Shown here: positions 50,809-58,770 of the stretch, piece after piece
Layout of the letters: each line of letters starts with the position of its first letter
Position numbering within the stretch: the stretch's first letter is position 1
Source: a virus
Virus record (IMG/VR): IMGVR_UViG_3300017788_002590
Location: 5,461-69,460 of that record
Direction: 5' to 3' (one strand)
DNA: 64,000 nt
Notes under the pieces: model-generated
The model's input: the letters and a program-made list of their open reading frames with translations, nothing else
Databases searched by the model: none
What the model was told of the DNA's origin: nothing
Translations under genes and position numbers: made by a program

Positions 50809-51519
50809 TTAAAAATAGTGGATAATATTTCTAGAAAAAACATAGTTGGCAGCAGCACGTCCATATTCTATAAACATTCGTCTTCCTAAACCGGTAGCCA
50901 ATGAGCATATTAACGATTGGTTACCAACAAAAGCAGGGACACTGTTTATAATAGTGGCTAGATCCAGGATGTCAGGTGTTTCGATATAATCTATTTGTGT
51001 TTGAAATTCTTTACAAAATAACTCATGTTCCGATGGTAATCCTAAAAATAATAAACTTTCTCTATTGAATTGTTGTAATAGATTATTGTAGAATTCATTA
51101 TTGCCTCTATATCTGGGTGTTCTATTTATGATTATTTCTTTTTTTTTGACCAAAGGATGGGTCGTGGTATCCGCTATGAGCCAGGGATCATGGATGGCGA
51201 GATTATTCTGAAGCTCAAATTTAGAAGCATGATATTCCGTAAGATTTGTTCCGACAACAACAGGCAATTGATTGGGATGTAAACCATAGTTGTAGTCATA
51301 TGGTTGATTATTATATAGTTCGACATTTTTTATGTAGGGTTGTTTCTTGATAAAAGGCAATAAAAATTCAGCAGATTGCCAGTTAAATTTTACTGTTCCG
51401 CATCCTCCGTCTATAAATAGAGTATCTACTCCCAATATTTTACTAAATAATAACGAATAAATCAAATCACCCATATCAATACATAAATAAAAAGATGATA
51501 TATTTTTATGCAATACCAT
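50809..51519 (-). CDS. GT9-like glycosyltransferase
   Basis: MGDLIYSL, RTPRY, FLGLPSE, FVGNQS. Confidence 0.65.
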   Translation of the reverse strand: MVLHKNISSFYLCIDMGDLIYSLLFSKILGVDTLFIDGGCGTVKFNWQSAEFLLPFIKKQPYIKNVELYNNQPYDYNYGLHPNQLPVVVGTNLTEYHASKFELQNNLAIHDPWLIADTTTHPLVKKKEIIINRTPRYRGNNEFYNNLLQQFNRESLLFLGLPSEHELFCKEFQTQIDYIETPDILDLATIINSVPAFVGNQSLICSLATGLGRRMFIEYGRAAANYVFSRNIIHYF

Positions 51520-52072
51520 GATATCGTATTCCTAAAAGTTTTAGAACATTGTCAGAAATTACACTTGGATCTATGGTATTAATCAGATCTTCCGGATCAT
51601 CGTATGTGTAAGACGGTTTAATAATATCAAAATTAGGTTCCAGTATTATAGTGTCCGCGGGTTGAGAAAAATATGGTCCACTATTTTTAGATGGATAACA
51701 AAATAAAGCCACTATTTTTCTTTGGAAATGTGAAGCTAAATGCATAGGAAAACTATCATAGCCCAGGAATAATGTACAATTTTTAATTAAATAGGCTAAC
51801 TGGTGTGTATTAGTTTTACCCAATAGACTTAGATCTATATCATACTTATGATCTAATAATGATCCTATTTGTATGATCGGCACAGACAGGTTGCGTTTTT
51901 TAAGGTTGTTTAATACATGATTCCAGTTTTTATATTGTCTAGCCGATGCTTTTACACAATCACCATGAAAAACTATGTATTCAGTATAAGGTATGTCATA
52001 TTTTTCTGTATGTATAAAACTTTGGTTAATTTTAGCTCCGCTTAACAGAGCATATGTTTCTAAAATATGCAT
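51506..52072 (-). CDS. GT9 C-terminal domain protein
   Basis: IIQIG, LLGKT..QLAYLIKNCTLFLGYDSFPMHLA...VALF. Confidence 0.75.
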   Translation of the reverse strand: MHILETYALLSGAKINQSFIHTEKYDIPYTEYIVFHGDCVKASARQYKNWNHVLNNLKKRNLSVPIIQIGSLLDHKYDIDLSLLGKTNTHQLAYLIKNCTLFLGYDSFPMHLASHFQRKIVALFCYPSKNSGPYFSQPADTIILEPNFDIIKPSYTYDDPEDLINTIDPSVISDNVLKLLGIRYHGIA

Positions 52073-52079
52073 TATAATA

Positions 52080-52460
52080 TTACCTATTAAAATATACTGA
52101 TTTATCTAGGCCGTTACGGTGATAACAAACATGTATTTGTGTTAGTACATTTAACTGTAGACAAATATGAAATAATCCACCCCACTTGCCTTTACCCTCC
52201 ATAGCCATACTATTATTCATAATTGGACTATAATTGATAATCTTAAAAATGTAAGGATTGTTTTCTAGTATATGACCGTGTTCTGCTAAACATCCAAAAT
52301 AAAAATCATAACCTGGATAAAGGTCTTTAAGAGACTGGAATAGACTAGTAGATAAAAAAATATCTCCAGCGCTTTCTGGCAATACAATAAGTAGTCTTTT
52401 ATTTTTAGATTGATAATCTATTTCTGAACTTACTTGTTGCAGATCTGATTGGAATGACAT
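52080..52460 (-). CDS. GT9 N-terminal domain protein
   Basis: LLIVLPESAGDIFLST...LKDLYP...ILENNPYI. Confidence 0.7.
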   Translation of the reverse strand: MSFQSDLQQVSSEIDYQSKNKRLLIVLPESAGDIFLSTSLFQSLKDLYPGYDFYFGCLAEHGHILENNPYIFKIINYSPIMNNSMAMEGKGKWGGLFHICLQLNVLTQIHVCYHRNGLDKSVYFNR

Positions 52461-52831
52461 AGTATGCTCGAAGTAGAGATATTAGGAATTTTTGGATAGA
52501 AAATAACCTTTTTAACAAGATCTGAGCCTATTACTTTTTTATCTTTATAATCATCTCCTATTACTATGATGTCAATATTATATTTTTTAATTAGTTGACA
52601 TAAAGAGATGTCGCTATCAAAAATATCTACATTTCTTATGAACTTAATACTAGATAAAATTTCATATCTGGTTTTAGCAGAATTAATAGGTCTATTGGGG
52701 CCTTTGTTTTGTTTTACTCTGTGATCCGAATCTATACCGACGTACAAATCCCCTAAAGATGAAGCAAACTTTAATAATTCTATATGTCCGATATGTATAA
52801 TATCAAAACATCCATTTGACCAAATATTCAT
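52430..52831 (-). CDS. HldC/RfaE-II-like sugar-1-phosphate nucleotidyltransferase
   Basis: NGCFDIIHIGH, GIDSD..V...KG..RPIN, GDDY, STS. Confidence 0.85.
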   Translation of the reverse strand: MNIWSNGCFDIIHIGHIELLKFASSLGDLYVGIDSDHRVKQNKGPNRPINSAKTRYEILSSIKFIRNVDIFDSDISLCQLIKKYNIDIIVIGDDYKDKKVIGSDLVKKVIFYPKIPNISTSSILCHSNQICNK

Positions 52832-53601
52832 GGTGTAGCCACCCCGAATTTTTTCACTACTTGACTAGCAACACTATTGGCATAGTTAATAGATTCTGCT
52901 ATATTATGACTATATATATATTTGGTAACTAAGCCCGCAAGAAAGGTATCTCCTGCGCCGCATACATCTCTAATTTCAACTAAATCTATAGGGAATTCCA
53001 CTACTGAGTCTGTAGAATATAAAGAGGCTCCTTTGGATCCTTGTGTAACTATAAGTTTACAATAATTTAATAGATTCGCACTATGAGCAACATTATTGAT
53101 ATACTCAGCATAATTGATTTTAATAAAATCAACATTTTTGTAAATTTTATCTGTTATCTTTTTCTTGGTATCAGCAAATATAATAGTTTTGTCTGATGAT
53201 CTTAAAGAAATTTCTCTATAATCATCTTCGTGTAAGAATCCTTTATTATAATCTGAAATAATTATTATATCGTACTGATTAAAATTTTGATTATCTATAA
53301 TTATTCTATCGGTCTTATCGTTAATATCTTCTCTAAAGACAATAGTATTATATCTTTGGTCGATATATCTGCGTTTTACAATAGGTTTATTATTATTATT
53401 GGTTACTATATCTATCTGAGCTTCTGGACAAAGGGAAAGCATATTAGCATAAACATTACCAGCCATTCCGGGGTTCTTTTTTGGTGTTGTATCGTCCATT
53501 GTTGTGAAACATAAAGCAGCAGCTTCTGGGCAAACTCTGTTACAAACCCCAAAAATATACTCGTCAACGCATGTCTCGCCTATAATTAGTATTTTATGCA
53601 T
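52828..53601 (-). CDS. HldA/RfaE-I-like PfkB sugar kinase
   Basis: RVCPEA, GMAGNV, SDYNKG, DVCGAGDTF. Confidence 0.85.
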   Translation of the reverse strand: MHKILIIGETCVDEYIFGVCNRVCPEAAALCFTTMDDTTPKKNPGMAGNVYANMLSLCPEAQIDIVTNNNNKPIVKRRYIDQRYNTIVFREDINDKTDRIIIDNQNFNQYDIIIISDYNKGFLHEDDYREISLRSSDKTIIFADTKKKITDKIYKNVDFIKINYAEYINNVAHSANLLNYCKLIVTQGSKGASLYSTDSVVEFPIDLVEIRDVCGAGDTFLAGLVTKYIYSHNIAESINYANSVASQVVKKFGVATP

Positions 53602-53893
53602 CGAAAAAATCTTTTGGATGTATAGATTTGTCGTCTATAAAAATATCATAATCTGGTTTACCAAGTATTAATCCGTGTCGTTTGCATCCCCATGCATTCA
53701 ATTGCTCGTTGGTTATTTTAGACCAATCGATACCAGTTCTAGATCCTCTTGCTGTCCAATACATAATGAAATGACCATCATCAAATAAAGTATTAATATG
53801 GTCTATTCTGGACTGTATAGGAATAGCCTTGGCATAATCAGATTGGTCGGGTGTATTGCAAATGGTGTTGTCTATGTCTACGTAGTATTTCAT
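53594..53893 (-). CDS. Small HAD-family phosphatase
   Basis: DIDNT, WTARG, GKP..D..IDDK. Confidence 0.8.
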   Translation of the reverse strand: MKYYVDIDNTICNTPDQSDYAKAIPIQSRIDHINTLFDDGHFIMYWTARGSRTGIDWSKITNEQLNAWGCKRHGLILGKPDYDIFIDDKSIHPKDFFDA

Positions 53894-54273
53894 ATGCTGT
53901 TTATAATCCTATAAGAATCAGTATCATCATGATGAGTAGAGAATTCGACAAATTCACAAAACACAGATGTGTTAGAAGTAAAACGATGAGCAATCATAGT
54001 GTCTATTGTAAAACTTTCTCCAGATCTGAGTATTAAGGTTGTAATAGATCCACTATTAGTATTCCAATAGTCCAAATCTAATGTTGTAGAATATTGTAAT
54101 TTTAATTCTCCGGATATAACATAAAATGTTTCTTTTTTATTTTTATGATAATGTACAGAACACCATTTTGATGGCAGTACATGAAGCCTCTTGCCACAGT
54201 ATAAATCATTATTTACGATAACTATTTCATAGCCCCATTTTTTAATGATTATATGATGAGTGTCGATATTCAT
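53890..54273 (-). CDS. Cupin-fold sugar isomerase-like protein
   Basis: KKWGYE, YCGK, SVHYH..K.ETF, HRF, EFST. Confidence 0.75.
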   Translation of the reverse strand: MNIDTHHIIIKKWGYEIVIVNNDLYCGKRLHVLPSKWCSVHYHKNKKETFYVISGELKLQYSTTLDLDYWNTNSGSITTLILRSGESFTIDTMIAHRFTSNTSVFCEFVEFSTHHDDTDSYRIINSI

Positions 54274-55586
54274 GAGTATGCTTTCATAAAGTTATTGACT
54301 ATTTCTTCTATATAGTCTAGTTGGTATTTAGTTATAACAGGACTAGTACCTAGAAAAAAGGTGTCAGTTGTAACTTTTCTTGCATTAGGATACTGATTAT
54401 TAAGATTATCATAGGACATCATTCCATCATATGCTGGTTGTAATAAGATGTTCCCGGCAAAATATGGTCTTGTTTGTATTTTGTGGTCTTCAAGATAGTT
54501 AGTAATAGAAGATCTATTAAATTTTTGATGATCTTTTATCGTGATAGCAAAAGCAAACCAACTAGGATCGGCACCATTGGTGGCTTTTGGCAATATGAAA
54601 TGATCCTGAAAAGAAGAAAAAATATCGTACAGTCTTTTAAAGTTGTCTTTACGTTTTTCATGTATAATGGGTAATTTTTTTATCTGCTCTAAACCGATAG
54701 CCGCTTGTATTTCTATGGGCTTTAGATTGAAGCCAATTTCATCATATACATATTTATGATCAAATATTTCATTGGGTAACGATGGTAACCAATTAGAGAA
54801 TCTAGAACCACACATGCCATTTTTTAGTTTACCAGCTTTTGGACCTGTGCAATAACACCCTCGACCCCATTCCCTAAAACTACGAGCTATAATCTCTAAT
54901 TCTTTTGTTTGAGTAGCAACAAAACCACCTTCTCCCATTGTTATGTGGTGAGCGGGATAAAAGCTGCAACTAGACATAAGACCAAAACTACCGAGTGGTT
55001 TACCGTCAAAAGTTGAACCTAAAGCATCGCAACAATCTTCTAAAAGAATTAGATTATATTTATTTACTATATCCATTAATCTATTCATATTAGGTGGATT
55101 TCCTAAAACATGAGCGAAGGTTATAACTTTTGCGCCTTGTTTTGCTGCATTTTCTGTTTGATCCAGATCCAAATTTAGAGAATCTAATTCTATATCCACA
55201 AAAATTGGTTCAAAACCTACCTGAATAATAGGATTTAATGTTGTTGGAAATCCTGCTATTGGTGTGATTACTTTGGTATTTTTGGGTAGCTTATATGATC
55301 TTTTAGAAGTAAGAGCGCTCATCATTAATAGATTAGCAGAACTACCGCTATTTGTTAATAATCCATGGTGTTTACCTAGATATTGGGGAAAGTAATGTTC
55401 AAATTCTAAGCCTTTCTTACCTAAGACTAACCATCCGTCTAGTAAAACATCAATGGCCGCCAAGTACTCTGCTTCATCAAAATATGGACCAGAATACATT
55501 ACAGTGTCTTTGCCAGGAATCCATTCTGGAATATTGGTAGACGTATCCAGAAATTTAGACAGTTTTTGGAAAATGTGGTCTCTCAT
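54270..55586 (-). CDS. rfbH: RfbH/DdhC-like NDP-4-keto-6-deoxyglucose 3-dehydratase
   Basis: NSGSSANL, FPTTLNP, EDCCDALG, SFYPAHHITMGEGG (His in place of the Schiff-base Lys), WGRGCYC...C, DHKY. Confidence 0.88.
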   Translation of the reverse strand: MRDHIFQKLSKFLDTSTNIPEWIPGKDTVMYSGPYFDEAEYLAAIDVLLDGWLVLGKKGLEFEHYFPQYLGKHHGLLTNSGSSANLLMMSALTSKRSYKLPKNTKVITPIAGFPTTLNPIIQVGFEPIFVDIELDSLNLDLDQTENAAKQGAKVITFAHVLGNPPNMNRLMDIVNKYNLILLEDCCDALGSTFDGKPLGSFGLMSSCSFYPAHHITMGEGGFVATQTKELEIIARSFREWGRGCYCTGPKAGKLKNGMCGSRFSNWLPSLPNEIFDHKYVYDEIGFNLKPIEIQAAIGLEQIKKLPIIHEKRKDNFKRLYDIFSSFQDHFILPKATNGADPSWFAFAITIKDHQKFNRSSITNYLEDHKIQTRPYFAGNILLQPAYDGMMSYDNLNNQYPNARKVTTDTFFLGTSPVITKYQLDYIEEIVNNFMKAYS

Positions 55587-55592
55587 AGAGTT

Positions 55593-55620
55593 ATATTATG
55601 GTTAACCGGACATCCGTCAA
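55593..55620 (-). promoter_or_regulatory. Probable sigma70-type promoter, leaderless, heading the sugar island
   Basis: TTGACG (55620-55615), 16-nt spacer, TAATAT (55598-55593), 6 nt to ATG; no SD. Confidence 0.5.
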
Positions 55621-55633
55621 GATACGGTTGGCA

Positions 55634-58600
55634 TTATGCACAATTTATCTCTAGAACTTCGCCATAATTAAAAGAAGTGTTATCAAAACATGCAGTACCA
55701 GATATTTGTCCATAATTATTAGAATGATTAGCAAAAGTGACATTACCGGATATAAAACCATTATTATTAGAATAATTATCAAAAGATACAGTTCCGTATA
55801 TTGGCGCATTATTACTGCTAGAATTAAAGCTAATAGTACCTATATTATTTAATCGACCATTATTAGTGCTACTATTATATGTCACAGAATCGCAACTGGC
55901 TATTGCTTCATTATTTGTGCTACCGCTAACAAATGACACCGAACCGCATCCCTGGATAGCAGCATAGGCTCCCGGTATACCACTCATAGAGAATGTATTA
56001 AATGTATCTACTAAAAAATATTTTGTATGAGCATTGTTTTGAGCATTATTAAAAGTAACAGTGGTACACTTTAAAGGAGCATAATTTATAGAACCACTAA
56101 ATAAAATATTGTTTCCTGCCATATAAGATCGATTGCTACCAAAAAGATCTAATTGTCTTAAATTATTAATCAGCTTATATTCATCTTGTGTGATGAGGCG
56201 CCCTATAGCTTCTGCAGCATAAGATTTGGCATTGTTAAAAAAAACAGCTGTATCAAAATCGATAATACCTCCCAAATTGGTTGCAGATTCTAGGAATGCT
56301 ACTTGATCTACTCCCATGATTAAAGCCCCTCCTCCACCGGTAGGGAAAAATACTCCTTCTTTAAAAAAGCCTTCTGCTCTATCGTTTACGGCACTGTCCA
56401 TAAAGATTACTTGATTTCCATCTCGTATGGTACCTTTATTTACTGATGAATTTTGAAAACCTATAGATTGAGATTCAATTAGTCCAATATTGGTTGCGCT
56501 ATCCATAAAATAAGTAGTACTAGTTAAAATTATTCCTGTATTTTTACTATTATTAGTAAATTGCGCAACACTTCCGAGTAGTTGTAGTTTATTAGAACTA
56601 TTATCAAAAAAAATACCAGATTTATTGACTGTTACATTTCCGCTACAATAACTATCATCTTTAAAATATAGTACATTTGCTGAAACTGGTCCTTTATTTA
56701 GTATCTTGCTTGTATTATAAAATATGCCGTTGTCTATATTACCCCAATATAAAGTACTAAAATTATAGAAATTCATTTCTCCAGAGGTAGTGTTACCCAA
56801 ACCACTAACAAAACTATAATCATAAAAGTTACATTTACTCAAGAAAAAAGATCCATAACCAAGACCAAATCGTGGTTGCACAGAACTGTTGTCGTAGTAA
56901 TTTTGTATAGAGCCTGATCCTCCTCCGATGTGATTTTTAGAAGAATTTTTGAATGTGGCTTGACCTGTTATAGCAGCAGTATTCATGCTAGTGTTATAAA
57001 ATTCTATTTTAACAGGTTGAGTTGAAGAGTTTTCTCCGCTATTTCTAACGGTTAAAAGTTTGTATACTGATCCATTATTTTTTGCAAAACCACCTATATT
57101 GATAGTATTTCCGCTACCATTGTTAACCACGTCCATCATTGCAAAAGCTATCGGACGATCATTGTTATCTCTAGGTATAGTCAGAGGGGTTGTAAAAATA
57201 CCGTTATTAACAAATCCATTGTTAATTACTGGTCCGGAATATCCTGGTGTAAAAGAACCACTAAATGTAGCATTAAATACGTTTCCGTTACTGATAGCTT
57301 TGTCTGTAAAAGATCCTTCTGTAACCGACCCATTATTAATACTGTCGAATCGAAATATACCTTTAGAAATTAAGCCGCTTTGATGATTTACAGCACCAGT
57401 AAGAAAAACAGCTTCATTTATTATGCCATAATTATTACTATTAGTTAATTGACTACTTTTAACCTTTATTAAACCAGAGTTAGTAAAATTCTTTAATTGT
57501 AAAAAGTCTCCTTCAATTGTACTTTCGTTAGAATACCCTCCAGATATCAAAACATTATTATGTATAATATTTTTAGCTCCACTATAACTAGATAAATTTA
57601 TACAATTAAGATAGCCCGTATTAGCTGTTGCTCCAATATCTGTAATTCCACCATTGTTATTAATATTTAGTGCTGGTGCATCAATAGAGTAAGCAAAAAA
57701 ACGATTGTATATAGACCCTATTTCTATAGTGCCTTTGATTGTTGCCAGGCCACTAACAGTAGAGGTGTCTACGCCATTAGCAATAAGTTTGCCTTCTGCT
57801 ACAACAGATATGGGTGTATTTCTTTGTTCTTGAGATTCTCCGATATTAAGATCTCCTACACGACCATTCAAATTATAGCACTGTAAAACGCCTCCAGAAA
57901 CTATCACACTTCCTGCTGATATATTAGTTCCTTGTACTATACCATTTTTTAGGATGGTTGTGTCTCTAATATCTGTTCTATACATTGGAACATAAAGTCC
58001 TTCTATTAATAATGATTCTGATTCATATAATTGAGCTTGAATTTGTGAATTCATTATCAAAGCATGATAGTATTCTATTTTTGAATCTATAATTTTAGAG
58101 CTATTAATAAAAGATGAAAAATGAGACATTTCAGAATCTGCCACAGAAGAATCGGATATGTAGCCTGTTCTGGCTTGTAAATATATATTATCTACTTTAG
58201 AATCTGTTGATATAATATATGTATTTACGCTTGTATTAACATTATATGCAAAACTATCTTGTACATAAAGATACGGAGCGTTAATATCTCCATTTGCGTA
58301 GCAAGATTTATTACGTATATCAAATTCATTGCAACTAATACTATTATTTGTTAATCCTACATTATCTAAAACTAATCTAGCATTAGTACTAATATTTAAT
58401 ATGGCTCTACCAGTATTAACTGTATACCATCCATGTCCTGTTCTTAGAGGGTTTGTAAAACCCAAAAGTGCTAGTCTAGCGGGGTCTGGCTCTCTGGAAT
58501 TAATAGCATGAAGCGAACCTCCTGAGACTGTAACTGCGCCCGGTACATCATAGATTGTAAAACTCGTTAATGGATTAGCAAAATTTATTGTAATAGAAGA

Positions 58601-58768
58601 AATTTCTGTAATTTTGCATATAGAGCTTCTTTCTGATGCAAGATATATGGCTTCGGGTATGGGTACTAGCCCAATAACTTCTATATCTTCGGTTGGTCTA
58701 GGAATTCTATCTGTCGGTATTAATAGCTGAGGATCTGAGTAGTATTTTTTAGGATCACATAAAATCAT
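55634..58768 (-). CDS. Repetitive beta-solenoid protein, probable fibre/spike
   Basis: Many imperfect F-x3-[SA]-x-N-x-G repeats (FTNNSKNTG, FMDSATNIG, FQNSSVNKG, FANHSNNYG). Confidence 0.6.
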   Translation of the reverse strand: MILCDPKKYYSDPQLLIPTDRIPRPTEDIEVIGLVPIPEAIYLASERSSICKITEISSITINFANPLTSFTIYDVPGAVTVSGGSLHAINSREPDPARLALLGFTNPLRTGHGWYTVNTGRAILNISTNARLVLDNVGLTNNSISCNEFDIRNKSCYANGDINAPYLYVQDSFAYNVNTSVNTYIISTDSKVDNIYLQARTGYISDSSVADSEMSHFSSFINSSKIIDSKIEYYHALIMNSQIQAQLYESESLLIEGLYVPMYRTDIRDTTILKNGIVQGTNISAGSVIVSGGVLQCYNLNGRVGDLNIGESQEQRNTPISVVAEGKLIANGVDTSTVSGLATIKGTIEIGSIYNRFFAYSIDAPALNINNNGGITDIGATANTGYLNCINLSSYSGAKNIIHNNVLISGGYSNESTIEGDFLQLKNFTNSGLIKVKSSQLTNSNNYGIINEAVFLTGAVNHQSGLISKGIFRFDSINNGSVTEGSFTDKAISNGNVFNATFSGSFTPGYSGPVINNGFVNNGIFTTPLTIPRDNNDRPIAFAMMDVVNNGSGNTINIGGFAKNNGSVYKLLTVRNSGENSSTQPVKIEFYNTSMNTAAITGQATFKNSSKNHIGGGSGSIQNYYDNSSVQPRFGLGYGSFFLSKCNFYDYSFVSGLGNTTSGEMNFYNFSTLYWGNIDNGIFYNTSKILNKGPVSANVLYFKDDSYCSGNVTVNKSGIFFDNSSNKLQLLGSVAQFTNNSKNTGIILTSTTYFMDSATNIGLIESQSIGFQNSSVNKGTIRDGNQVIFMDSAVNDRAEGFFKEGVFFPTGGGGALIMGVDQVAFLESATNLGGIIDFDTAVFFNNAKSYAAEAIGRLITQDEYKLINNLRQLDLFGSNRSYMAGNNILFSGSINYAPLKCTTVTFNNAQNNAHTKYFLVDTFNTFSMSGIPGAYAAIQGCGSVSFVSGSTNNEAIASCDSVTYNSSTNNGRLNNIGTISFNSSSNNAPIYGTVSFDNYSNNNGFISGNVTFANHSNNYGQISGTACFDNTSFNYGEVLEINCA

Positions 58769-58770
58769 AA

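Noticed and set aside
42320-55586. Window being a bacterial chromosome with an LPS locus
   Set aside because: Phage-type dNMP kinase, compact replication block, giant orphan structural-type genes, and no housekeeping or glycan-export genes point to a phage.
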